Below the pieces are notes generated by a model, which was not told the DNA's origin, searched no databases, and worked only from the letters and a program-made list of their open reading frames with translations. This document shows positions 10,206-20,342 of a stretch of DNA of 64,000 nucleotides, piece by piece; the stretch's first letter is position 1; every line of letters begins with the position of its first letter. The position numbers were made by a program, and so were the translations under genes. The stretch lies in IMG/VR virus record IMGVR_UViG_3300026521_000636; one strand, given 5' to 3'. This DNA is from an uncultured virus (IMG/VR IMGVR_UViG_3300026521_000636). Taxonomy: Duplodnaviria; Heunggongvirae; Uroviricota; Caudoviricetes.

Positions 10206-12686
10206 ATGAACGCAGATTTAGAAAAAACACATAGTACCTTACCAGCACACCCTGTTGGGCAGGCTATAACTACGAAAACCAAAGTAATAGAATTTGCTGA
10301 AAAAATCGTAAATTCTCAACTAGGAGAAATTACTGGCGCATTCATAGATACCGATACAATGCACCTTTGTTTAAAATATTCAAGTAGTAAAACTGCTCTC
10401 ACAGCAAAAATGAATAATAAAAAAGAAGATATTTTAACCCCTATTTTCTTAAAAGCAAAAGGTAAAAATATTCAAGATTATACCTTTAATGTAATTCTAA
10501 ACTCATCCGATAGTTCAACAAAAATACGTACAGATGCAGCATTAATTGAACATGGAATATTATATGCTATTGAATCAAAATTTTCTGAATCCATTTCAGA
10601 AAAAAAGATTATTGATCTATTGAATGAACTTCGTAATAAACACTTGAAAAGTTTTTATACAGCTTTAAAAGATGACAAACTATATCTTAATTTAGTAAAA
10701 CAAAATTACATGCCTGTAACAGATATTATAATGACTGGCAAAATAATAGAAAACCCAATATTACTTGAAGCTTATGCTGATGAAGCATATATAAGTGAGA
10801 TGGATATTCTGGATATTATAGAAAAATTTGGTCACTATATGCGCTCATACAAAATGAAACTCAAAGAGGGTGTTAATATCAATGATGATATATTTGATGA
10901 TAAATCAAAAATGGTAAAGCCACAATTTGTAGAATTTGAATATATATCAGACCACCTATATAATTTATTTGATGTAGAAATTGCTGCTAGAATCGATACA
11001 TCTTCTACCGAACCAATAAGTGCTATTACTCATATGAAATTAGAAAAAGCATTTGAAATGATTGGACAAAATGGTAATGTTGAAGATGGTCTAGGTAATA
11101 ATAGAGCGAAGAAAAAGTGGAATGATCCGGCTAGAATTGGTTTATTTTATGATCAACTAAACACTTATATAAATGAAATGGAATCAGGGTCATTTAATCA
11201 TCATGCCCGTCACGATGCGTACGTAACAGCGACAAAACAACGTACTCTACTCTATAGACATTTTGAAGAACATATAACTAAAGATTTTGAGATAGATAAA
11301 GTTAGTGGTAAGTTGAAAGAAGTAAAAGTTAAATCAATTACTCCTTCAAACACTAAACTTATAATTAGTTCAGGGAATATAACTGTTGCTAATTCGCAGC
11401 ATTTAGTTGAAAATAGATTACTCATAAAACAGTTGGCTTATTATTTTATCGAAACATCAATATATGGCAAATTTCATTATAATCCATGGGAACGTGATGA
11501 ATTAATTAAAGAAGTTTATGATTGCAATAAAGGTTTGATTGATAAAGTTTTAGATAGATTTAAAGAACATTTTTTATCAAAAAAATTCAAAGATACTGAT
11601 AAATCAAAAATAAAAGAGATGATTGAAAGATGGGGCGATGATAGAATCCCTGTAAGATTTGTAACTGAAGAGGGTGATATAATCAACCAATTTATAACTT
11701 CATCAAATACAGGTTTATCGGCTACAAAAAACCAAGAAATACTAGCTCCATATAAAACAGAGCAAAATACTATTAGAAGTATTATAGCCGATTATCAGAT
11801 TGATAATAAAAATATTTCATTAGCATTAACACATAGTGATATTAGAAAAATTTCTGCTAAGTTAAATTATAATGAAAATATAATAACATTAGTTAATCTT
11901 ATATCTGATAATCCTCTGTATTGGGATGATGAACAGAAAAAAACAAAAATCGATTCTATGAACACAGTTGATTGTACTTATACAGTATCACTCACTAAAA
12001 AAATGGCTAAATCCTTTGCCCAATTATTTATTAAGGGTGATGATAAACTTCAAGATAACTTGTTAAAGTATGAAAAACTTATAGAGACAGAATTGGCTAA
12101 AGACGACTACGATGAATTGATACTAAAATCATTTGAAAATAGCGTCGCCGATTTAAAAAGCCAATTAGAAGGACATTACAGTCATCATAGACTATTCCAT
12201 TTGAAAAAATATGCCCACCTACAATTAGAAGCTATTATTAAGGTCATTAATGTTTTTGAAAAAGTATATAAAATGGACCAATATAATGAACGTATGAGAG
12301 ATTTGACAATTGCAAGCAACGATAATACTGTGTTAGTTTCAGAACACGACTATACTAAAGGTCGCTTGGTCGGTTTATTCTTTAATGCTTTAAAAATATT
12401 AAAAACTAAAAAAGCCAATTATTGGCATGATGAAGATGAAATGATTCGATATTTTAAATTGTTTATAGAAACCCTAGAAGATGTCCGATTATTATATAGA
12501 AATATTAATGGCGACATTGTAACGGTAACAAAATTATTCAAAGAGACCATATATCCTAAGAATATAGATACCAACAATAGTAATATTGTATTATCTACCT
12601 TTAAAGTATCAGTAACCGATCTTACAGATAATATTATAAAAGTGTTTAAATCGAAAATAATAAATACTAATCAAAATAATGTATAA
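10206..12686 (+). CDS. large hypothetical protein, possibly AIPR/ParB-like central region
   Basis: 826-aa ORF with AGGAGG RBS; NITVANSQH...IPVRFV...ITSSNT loosely resembles AIPR motifs (weak). Confidence 0.6.
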   Translation: MNADLEKTHSTLPAHPVGQAITTKTKVIEFAEKIVNSQLGEITGAFIDTDTMHLCLKYSSSKTALTAKMNNKKEDILTPIFLKAKGKNIQDYTFNVILNSSDSSTKIRTDAALIEHGILYAIESKFSESISEKKIIDLLNELRNKHLKSFYTALKDDKLYLNLVKQNYMPVTDIIMTGKIIENPILLEAYADEAYISEMDILDIIEKFGHYMRSYKMKLKEGVNINDDIFDDKSKMVKPQFVEFEYISDHLYNLFDVEIAARIDTSSTEPISAITHMKLEKAFEMIGQNGNVEDGLGNNRAKKKWNDPARIGLFYDQLNTYINEMESGSFNHHARHDAYVTATKQRTLLYRHFEEHITKDFEIDKVSGKLKEVKVKSITPSNTKLIISSGNITVANSQHLVENRLLIKQLAYYFIETSIYGKFHYNPWERDELIKEVYDCNKGLIDKVLDRFKEHFLSKKFKDTDKSKIKEMIERWGDDRIPVRFVTEEGDIINQFITSSNTGLSATKNQEILAPYKTEQNTIRSIIADYQIDNKNISLALTHSDIRKISAKLNYNENIITLVNLISDNPLYWDDEQKKTKIDSMNTVDCTYTVSLTKKMAKSFAQLFIKGDDKLQDNLLKYEKLIETELAKDDYDELILKSFENSVADLKSQLEGHYSHHRLFHLKKYAHLQLEAIIKVINVFEKVYKMDQYNERMRDLTIASNDNTVLVSEHDYTKGRLVGLFFNALKILKTKKANYWHDEDEMIRYFKLFIETLEDVRLLYRNINGDIVTVTKLFKETIYPKNIDTNNSNIVLSTFKVSVTDLTDNIIKVFKSKIINTNQNNV

Positions 12687-12710
12687 TTATTAATAAAAAG
12701 GATAACTGAT

Positions 12711-13064
12711 ATGGCTGTTAAGCAATTAAATAATTTTGTATGGATTACAACGAGTTTTGAGGGGTTTCATAAATACCCCGATGCTCCTGAAGAGGTTTCA
12801 TTTTTAAAAGAAAGACACAGACATATATTCAAACTTAAAATTTGGATTGAAGTATTTCATAATGATAGAGACATTGAATTTATTCTTTTTAAAAGATTTA
12901 TTGATTCATTAATAGTTGAAAATGAAATGGATTATAAATCATGTGAAATGATTTCTGATGATCTCGCAAATTGGATTAATGAAAAATTTCCAAAGCGGAC
13001 TATAAAAATTGAAGTTTCTGAAGATGGAGAAAATGGCTCTTATAAAGAATATGAAGCTATATAG
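12711..13064 (+). CDS. queD: QueD-like / 6-pyruvoyl-tetrahydropterin synthase-like T-fold protein
   Basis: FEGFH, HRH metal motif, RDIEF, SCE, EVSEDGENG; size and context. Confidence 0.7.
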   Translation: MAVKQLNNFVWITTSFEGFHKYPDAPEEVSFLKERHRHIFKLKIWIEVFHNDRDIEFILFKRFIDSLIVENEMDYKSCEMISDDLANWINEKFPKRTIKIEVSEDGENGSYKEYEAI

Positions 13065-13072
13065 GTTTAGAC

Positions 13073-14161
13073 ATGAAAAATATTTTTTTAGTTGATATTG
13101 AATATATACCAACCCGTTATTCTTCACAATGGAAAGAATGGATTCCAGAAGAAATTAATAAATCCGAGTTATTAAATTGTGTTGTAATAGATGGTCCGGA
13201 TAACAAAGATTATGAAACAACCCCTGGTGGGTTTTTCAATTTCTTTGAAACTAATTTATATAAAATGGTGCAAGGGCAAAAAATAGCAAAACTCTTTATG
13301 GAAGATAAAGTCAATGATGGTGATATATTCTTATTTACTGATGGTTGGCATCCTGCAGTAATATCTTTAAGACAAATGATAAATCTCTCTAAGAAAAAAA
13401 TTAAAATGATGGGTATGTTTCATGCTGGGGCTTATGACCCAGCAGATATATTGGGACAAACTTGCAGAGATAATTTTTTAAATATTGAATTAGGTTACTT
13501 AGATTGCTTAGATACGGCTATATTTGCTACTAAATTTAGTAAACAACTTATGCTTGACAATCTTATTATTGATGATGTGAAAAAAAATGAATTAGATAAA
13601 AAAATGGTAGTGACAGGTTTCCCATATAATTTTGATCATTTATATCAAAGTAAAAATAAATCTAACAATATTTTATTTCCTCACAGAATAAGTCCAGAAA
13701 AACATATTGAACTTTTTAGAAAAAAAGATAAAATATCAGAACAATACAACACTATTGAGGAATTACTTCCCAATTTTGAAGCAATTGTTACTTTAGAAAT
13801 AACAAAAAATAAAGATGAGTTTCATGAATTATTAGCTAACTCAAAATATAGTGTTAGTTTCGCAGATCAAGAAACTTGGGGCATTTCAGTATTTGAATCA
13901 TTAATGAGTGGATGCTTGCCAATTATACCAAATAAATTAAGTTATAATGAAATGTATTCAGATGAACTTAAATATGATCCATATGATGAAAATGGTAATG
14001 AAGATATATATAACTGGCCTATAAAAGTTAAAAAAGTTATTGACCGTTTAGAACAATTAACACTAGAAGATAAACAAAAAATAATAGATAAAAATATAAA
14101 ATATTTAAAAGAATATTATTGTACTTTTGAGTATATTTTAGATTTACTAATTATAGGATAG
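13073..14161 (+). CDS. GT-B glycosyltransferase
   Basis: FPHRISPEK, ETWGISVFESLMSGC (E-x7-E), HAGAYDPAD; directly follows the QueD-like gene. Confidence 0.82.
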   Translation: MKNIFLVDIEYIPTRYSSQWKEWIPEEINKSELLNCVVIDGPDNKDYETTPGGFFNFFETNLYKMVQGQKIAKLFMEDKVNDGDIFLFTDGWHPAVISLRQMINLSKKKIKMMGMFHAGAYDPADILGQTCRDNFLNIELGYLDCLDTAIFATKFSKQLMLDNLIIDDVKKNELDKKMVVTGFPYNFDHLYQSKNKSNNILFPHRISPEKHIELFRKKDKISEQYNTIEELLPNFEAIVTLEITKNKDEFHELLANSKYSVSFADQETWGISVFESLMSGCLPIIPNKLSYNEMYSDELKYDPYDENGNEDIYNWPIKVKKVIDRLEQLTLEDKQKIIDKNIKYLKEYYCTFEYILDLLIIG

Positions 14162-14454
14162 AGTCCATCTAATTTCAAAGTTAAATTCAAGACTATTATC
14201 GAATACAGGATATGAATTTAACTTAATTTTTATTAAATTCCTTTTGCAACGTCTATTTAGATTTAACTCCATTAAATCTAATTTTTAATAGCTTTATAAT
14301 TCACCCCCCACTTATTTTCTTATAAATATTTTTTAATATTTCTACTATTTTATCATAATATCATTTATCATATTAAAATAGGATTTTGACTTTTTTTGTA
14401 TAATATTATCTATACAAATTCACTCAATAAAAGAGTTACCAAGGATAAAAAATT

Positions 14455-16001
14455 ATGACACAAAATAATATTTCAAATATTAAATCTACTATCGAGAATG
14501 ATCCAAAAGGATTGAAATTAGAGCTTGTAATTTCGGGCATACCTTAGGCTACTTTAAATTAAGAAGTCAGCACGATGATTTATTTAGAATTACAGCATTA
14601 TCTTTACGAAAATGCCTAGACTATATTGAAGAAAAATTACCAGGCAATGTTTTATTACAGGGTCTATTCAATGCATACACAGAGGAAGTCATGGCTCGTA
14701 GAGCAAGTGAAGAATCAATTAATGTACCGTTCAAATCTATCTTCCCACATGGATTGCATGCTGATTCAGGTGGTTTACAAATGGTTACTTTAGGTAAGGG
14801 TACTGTTGAAAAAGAAGATAGACTTAAAATCTATGAAACACAAAGTAAGTATGCTGATTATGCTATGAGCTTTGATGAAATTCCTGCAGTATTTATTGAT
14901 GATGTTAAATACTATATGCAAAGTCTAATTGAAGAAAAAGGTATTGAGTCAGGTAATAATCTCAGGGAACAATTTGATTATTTTGCTACAACCGATTCAA
15001 CTTGTAGAATTGTACCCATCGTACAAGGTTGGGGGATAAAAGACACAAATACATTCGCTAAAGGATTATTTGCACAATTTACTGATGAAGAAAAAAGCAA
15101 AATGGATATTTTTGCTTCGGGTTTCCAAAGTACATCTGTTTATGCATCGGCGAAAAGGGCATTCGACTTATACAGAGTTGAGTCAATACCTGAAAATGCT
15201 AAACAACATCTGCACCTTTTAGGGGTAACAGGTTTTAAAAGGTTAATACCTATTTTGATACTAATCAAAAATAATATGACTGAGGGTTTAAAATCTCTAT
15301 CATTTGATTCGGTTACACTTTCTATGAGTTATGTTATGGGTGGCACTGTTCCTTCTGTTGATGATTTTAAAAATGGTAAGGGCAAAATAAAATTAGGTAA
15401 AAAACGTAATAAAGATGTGGATGCTTATTGGCAAGAAATTTTTGATTTTTGGAAAGACGATCCAGAATTCCCTTTTGATGATTTAAATGATATGATGGAA
15501 CATAGCTATTATAATTCAAATGGATTAACTAGTGGTTACCAACAATATGAGCATTTTTTACAAGCTGATGAAGATGGCAATTTTACTAAAAAAAATAAAA
15601 AAATAGCTGATTTTCATTTTGCTAAAGTATTGAAGCAAGAGCAGTATTATATTTTATATCAAGTTCATAATTATGTACAAATATTAGAATCCTTTTTAGA
15701 AGATGATATTAAACTTGAGCATATTTTTAAAGGTAAAGATCTAGTATTATTCCAAGCTTTAGAAAAAGTTACAACTGATGATGATTTTAATGATTGGTAT
15801 GAATACCTTAAAAAATCTACAGGTTTTTCAATTTTAACTATGAATTCTGAAGCAAAATCATCAGAGGAAACAACTAATTTATTATTTGATGACTCAAATA
15901 ACGAACCTATAAAAGAAAGAAAAAAACAACCATCTAGAGTAGCTAAAAAACCGACTAAAGTAGAAGAAGATAATATTGATGCTATGAATGATTTATTTTA
16001 A
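14455..16001 (+). CDS. TGT/DpdA-like transglycosylase, paralog 4, interrupted by a frameshift near 14545
   Basis: ATG 14455 (RBS AAGGA, promoter 14397) reads MTQN...LELVISGIP then TAG 14545-14547. The -1 frame continues GYFKL...GLFNAYTEE into the 14691 ORF with HADSGGLQ, SFDE, PIVQG, HLLG, SFDS. Confidence 0.75.
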
Positions 16002-16056
16002 TTATTATTTAAGGGAATTCTTCTTATAATAGATTTAATTATACTAAAGGATTTAA

Positions 16057-16377
16057 ATGAATTTTTATATTGAATTTTATAAACGTGTTGATGAAAGAGT
16101 TAATCATACATTAACAGGATTTTTACTTTTACTCGAAAGTATTTTATTAGGAATAATTTTATATTTTACAATTTTTACAAGTGATACAAATGCATGGGTA
16201 CTAACTTTTATTATAGCATGGCTTATGTCATTACTTATTAATGTTACTCTATTTGGTGTGTTTGTAATGATTAAGCATTTTTTAAAATGGATTAATACCG
16301 ATTTAAAAAATGCTATAAATGAAACTCATGCGTCATTTGGTACTATACCTAGTAAACATGGTAGAATTAAATTTTAA
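16057..16377 (+). CDS. membrane protein (2 TM)
   Basis: Two hydrophobic helices; AAGGA RBS. Confidence 0.7.
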   Translation: MNFYIEFYKRVDERVNHTLTGFLLLLESILLGIILYFTIFTSDTNAWVLTFIIAWLMSLLINVTLFGVFVMIKHFLKWINTDLKNAINETHASFGTIPSKHGRIKF

Positions 16378-16384
16378 ATTATAA

Positions 16385-16669
16385 ATGAAATATCTTATAA
16401 TAGAAGAGACCTTATTAATTGCCAAAGTTGAGAAAATATCTCATGGGTTTAATTCTACAAGTGTAGTATATAGAAATCCAATTTCCGATAAAGTTTCAGA
16501 AACTACTTGGCCTACATATCATGCTAAAAAAATATTATTTGAAACATTTATTGATGCAATAGCATATATTATAAAACATTTAGATAAGACATCTAATCTT
16601 GAGTTTAAACAACGAGTATTTGAGTATGAGTATATTCTATTAAACAACTATCCGGAGAAATTATTATGA
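16385..16669 (+). CDS. hypothetical protein (C-terminal YPEKLL)
   Basis: ORF coupled to the next gene (ATGA overlap). Confidence 0.65.
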   Translation: MKYLIIEETLLIAKVEKISHGFNSTSVVYRNPISDKVSETTWPTYHAKKILFETFIDAIAYIIKHLDKTSNLEFKQRVFEYEYILLNNYPEKLL

Positions 16670-17193
16670 AATATACACAAAAAGGCCTAATGCGCTTTTT
16701 TAGAGATAATGAGGTATCTGAAATTGAGGTCTTTATAAGTTATGTTGGAGATTATAGAAAAAATGGACGTAAAACTATATCGACCTTGTTTACTATTATC
16801 AATCCTCAAAAAATTATTATTAAAGAATCTATTTTCGGAAAAATACTATTTGATGATATTGATGATGAAGATACTAGTAAAGCCTCTGCTCTTTTTGGAT
16901 TTGATATAAATCGCAGTAATAATCCATTATATCCTAATGATGGTAGCATTATTAATAATTTTGATACTCACTCAGATATATTAGATATAAATAATAATAA
17001 ATTCGATTTTGATGGAGATTTAATTAATAGAATTTTCTTCTTCACAAAAAAAGAGGAAGCAGAAATACACTTCGTTAAGTTACTTAATCATTACCTTAAA
17101 GGGGTTGGGTTAAGCGAAGCATTATCAGAAAGAGATAAAATTTTAAATAAATTAAAGGATACAAATCCCGAAAAGATTTTAGAATTGATTTAA
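16666..17193 (+). CDS. hypothetical protein (C-terminal NPEKILELI)
   Basis: ORF, GGAG RBS. Confidence 0.65.
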   Translation: MKYTQKGLMRFFRDNEVSEIEVFISYVGDYRKNGRKTISTLFTIINPQKIIIKESIFGKILFDDIDDEDTSKASALFGFDINRSNNPLYPNDGSIINNFDTHSDILDINNNKFDFDGDLINRIFFFTKKEEAEIHFVKLLNHYLKGVGLSEALSERDKILNKLKDTNPEKILELI

Positions 17194-17291
17194 GTTATCT
17201 TTAAATAGATTTTTTGTATAATAAATAAAACAAAATTCATACTGTTATTGGATTCAACTAAAGTTGAAAGGAATAACAAAGGAGAACACTT

Positions 17292-18656
17292 ATGATTAAT
17301 TTTAAAACACTTCAAACTGATTTCTATCAGATTTCAATGGCTTTCGCTTATGTACTTTCAAATAAAGCAAATGTAACAACTGGTTTTGAGGGCTTTGTAA
17401 GAAATGTAAAAGCGGCTGTAAACCCAAACAGAGATTTTTATATCTTTAGTGGAGAGCAGGAAGTAAAAGACTACATCGAAACTGTAAAAAAAGAAATCAG
17501 AGACCCACAATTCATAGAAACTTTTATTGAGCTTATAGAACCTAAAATAACTGCTAAGAATAAAGAGGATCTTATTCAAGAATTTAGAGAAAAATGGAAA
17601 ACTCTTGATTTTGATTTTGAGTATAACGTAGTTGCAGAAGGCTCTATTGTATTTCCTTTTGTACCTGTTTTTCAATATAAAGGACCTAAAATTTGGGGGC
17701 AACTTATTGAAACTTATGTTACAAATATTTACAACGGTAAAACAGCATTTGCTACTCTTAAAAAACTTAAAGAAGAAGATAAAGCATTTGTAACAGATAG
17801 TGAATTTATTTTCATTAAAGGTATTATGGAAAATAATCCTTTTGCTATAAATGAATACACTAAAAATCTTGAGAGAACTGCTGAGGAATTTAGAAAGTCA
17901 ACAGATAAAATCCTTCTTGAAGCAGCATTTAGAAGAGCACCAACAAAAATTATAGCAGATGTAGCATCTAATGTAGCTATTAGTAAAGGTTGGGATGGTA
18001 CTTCAAATGTTTCAAATGTTCTTAATGGTATGATTACAGCTGATAAAGTTGGTGGTACAATGGCTCATGCTTTTGTAATGAGTTTTGAAAATGAAAGAGA
18101 TGCCTTTAAAGCATGGGATAGAATCTTTCCTGGAACAACAATGCTTATCGATACTTATGACGTTGAAAATGCAGCAAAAATGATTAAAGAGATGGTTGAT
18201 AACGGTGAGATAACTAAACCGAACGATCTTAGAATTGATAGTGACCCTATTGATGATTACTGTAAACTCGTTTACGATATTTTTGATAATGCTATTGGTA
18301 TCTTTGTAAGTGGCGATATGGACACAGAAAAATTTGAAATCCTAGATGGACAAAATATTCCATATAGTAAAGCTATGGCTGGAACAAAATATGTTTATGA
18401 AAACTATATCGCATCAAAACTTAATAGTGGTTTTGTTTACAAAATCGTAGAGTACATTAATGAGGATGGGAAAACTATTAGACCTGAGAAAAAAGCAAAT
18501 GGGAAATCAAATTACCCTGGACTTAAAATGGTAAGTTATGATGAGTTTAGAAATATTCTTACTATTTGGAATAATACAGATAAAGGACAGTTTGGGTTTT
18601 CAGGAATGAGTAAAATCAAACCAGATTCAAAAGTTGAATTCAAAACTTCTTCATAA
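17292..18656 (+). CDS. pncB: nicotinate/nicotinamide phosphoribosyltransferase (PncB/NAMPT family)
   Basis: TDFYQ, FRRA, GTMAH, LIDTYD, RIDS, VYKIVE motifs. Confidence 0.85.
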   Translation: MINFKTLQTDFYQISMAFAYVLSNKANVTTGFEGFVRNVKAAVNPNRDFYIFSGEQEVKDYIETVKKEIRDPQFIETFIELIEPKITAKNKEDLIQEFREKWKTLDFDFEYNVVAEGSIVFPFVPVFQYKGPKIWGQLIETYVTNIYNGKTAFATLKKLKEEDKAFVTDSEFIFIKGIMENNPFAINEYTKNLERTAEEFRKSTDKILLEAAFRRAPTKIIADVASNVAISKGWDGTSNVSNVLNGMITADKVGGTMAHAFVMSFENERDAFKAWDRIFPGTTMLIDTYDVENAAKMIKEMVDNGEITKPNDLRIDSDPIDDYCKLVYDIFDNAIGIFVSGDMDTEKFEILDGQNIPYSKAMAGTKYVYENYIASKLNSGFVYKIVEYINEDGKTIRPEKKANGKSNYPGLKMVSYDEFRNILTIWNNTDKGQFGFSGMSKIKPDSKVEFKTSS

Positions 18657-18663
18657 AAAAATA

Positions 18664-18699
18664 CCACTTCTTTATAAATATTAACATATAGAGAGGTGG
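18664..18699 (+). promoter_or_regulatory. late promoter TATAAATA embedded in an RBS-sequestering hairpin
   Basis: CCACTTCTTTATA (18664-18676) pairs with TATAGAGAGGTGG (18687-18699), 13 bp with 2 G:U; TATAAATA at 18673-18680. Confidence 0.65.
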
Positions 18700-18706
18700 G
18701 TCAAAT

Positions 18707-19456
18707 ATGTTAGCAAAAGTTACAAAAAAAGTAAAAAATTTCATTCAAAATCTAGAAGTTGTTTCTCCTAAAGACTACAACAAATACTTTAATGACATTG
18801 CATTTGATATGGGTATAGAAACAAGCGAATTTGATTGTGATATGTCTAATGCTATTGATAAACATCGTGACACTTTAGAAGAAAATACATCTCTTGCTAT
18901 AAATGCTATTAATACTCGTGATGTAAAAGCTCTAGAACTTGTAAACGATAATATGAGTAAATTAAAAAAAGAAATTATAGAACTTAAAGAATTAGTATAT
19001 AAAGACGAATTAACTCAAGTATATAATAGAAAATATATTACTGATAATATATTATCTGGAGATTATTTTAAAATTAATGGTCTTATGGTTATTCTTGACA
19101 TGAATAATCTTAAAAAAATCAATGATACCATTGGACATGTAGCTGGAGATAAGGCTATAATCTATCTTTCTAAAGAACTAAAGAATTTAACAGAAAATAC
19201 TATTAGATTTGGAGGAGATGAATTTCTATTATTTTTTGATGACATTGATTTAGAAGATTGCTTCTTAAAACTACATAAATTACGTGAAAAAATAAGTACC
19301 AAAATATTTCGCTTTAAAGGTGTTGAATTTAATATTAGTTTTGCTTTCGCTGCTATAGCTATCGACCCATCAAAAAAATTCAAAGAAACTCTTGAAATTG
19401 TAGATAATGAAATGTATAAAGATAAAGAAAGAGTTAAAAATATGTTAAACAAATAA
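18707..19456 (+). CDS. diguanylate cyclase (coiled coil + GGDEF)
   Basis: DELTQVYNR, DMNNLKKINDTIGHVAGD, RFGGDEF. Confidence 0.92.
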   Translation: MLAKVTKKVKNFIQNLEVVSPKDYNKYFNDIAFDMGIETSEFDCDMSNAIDKHRDTLEENTSLAINAINTRDVKALELVNDNMSKLKKEIIELKELVYKDELTQVYNRKYITDNILSGDYFKINGLMVILDMNNLKKINDTIGHVAGDKAIIYLSKELKNLTENTIRFGGDEFLLFFDDIDLEDCFLKLHKLREKISTKIFRFKGVEFNISFAFAAIAIDPSKKFKETLEIVDNEMYKDKERVKNMLNK

Positions 19457-19511
19457 AAAAAATAATTTTATTTTAAGTTCTTCTTTGGTATAATCTTTAG
19501 AAGGATTTAAA

Positions 19512-20342
19512 ATGAATATACACTTTACAAATAAAAGTCTTTTTTACGATTTAAATAAACAATCAATAGCAACAGTAAAAGTTGGATCTCATATGTATGG
19601 TCTAAATAATGAACGTAGTGATATAGATTATCTATCAATTTATATAGAACCTATTAAAAATAGAGATAGTTTTATGTGGACTCATCACCAACTACAATTT
19701 AAAGACGATAAGATAGATTATAATTTTTCATCAATCCAAACTTTTATAAGAAATACTTTAACAGGTGATGCTACAATCAATTTTGAAGTAATTCATTCCA
19801 AAGATTTACTTCAAACTGATTTAGCATGGCTTTATGAATATAAAGATTTTTTTATAAATTACAATATAATTAAAAGTTATTTAGGATTAGCTAAACGAGA
19901 TTTAAAATATTGGAATAAAGATACAAAAAATGCTAAATTTCATAATGGAGAATCCAATAAAAAATTATCTCATTTTGTTAGAGGTGTTTTATTTGCTAAA
20001 CTACTACTAGAAGATAATTTTGATTTTAATTTAGAAATTAAACATACTTTTTCAGAATTTAAATATAATGATTTAGAATTATTATCAAGAATAAAAAATG
20101 GTTCATTAGATTTTTCATTTGATTATCTTATATCGATTATTAGTTCATATATGGAACAACTAAGAATTTTAAATAATAAAAAATTAGAAGAAGGAGCAAT
20201 CCATAGATATATGAAAACCGATATTTTAGCAAAATTAGATATAGAGATCCAAAAAACAGTTGAAAAATTAGATACCGAGATCAATTTTTTAGATTATGAT
20301 GATTTATTTTATAAAGCGTTAGAAGAAGGGGTTGAGTATTGA
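19512..20342 (+). CDS. DNA polymerase beta-superfamily nucleotidyltransferase
   Basis: VGSHMYGL...SDID (GS + DxD). Confidence 0.8.
   Translation: MNIHFTNKSLFYDLNKQSIATVKVGSHMYGLNNERSDIDYLSIYIEPIKNRDSFMWTHHQLQFKDDKIDYNFSSIQTFIRNTLTGDATINFEVIHSKDLLQTDLAWLYEYKDFFINYNIIKSYLGLAKRDLKYWNKDTKNAKFHNGESNKKLSHFVRGVLFAKLLLEDNFDFNLEIKHTFSEFKYNDLELLSRIKNGSLDFSFDYLISIISSYMEQLRILNNKKLEEGAIHRYMKTDILAKLDIEIQKTVEKLDTEINFLDYDDLFYKALEEGVEY

Noticed and set aside
14304..14309. C6/G6 tract as a phase-variation switch
   Set aside because: Short, and changing its length does not restore a convincing gene
14545..14547. TAG read-through or alternative genetic code explaining paralog 4
   Set aside because: The continuation is in another frame, and TAG ends several conserved genes normally (e.g. 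queE, paralog 2)
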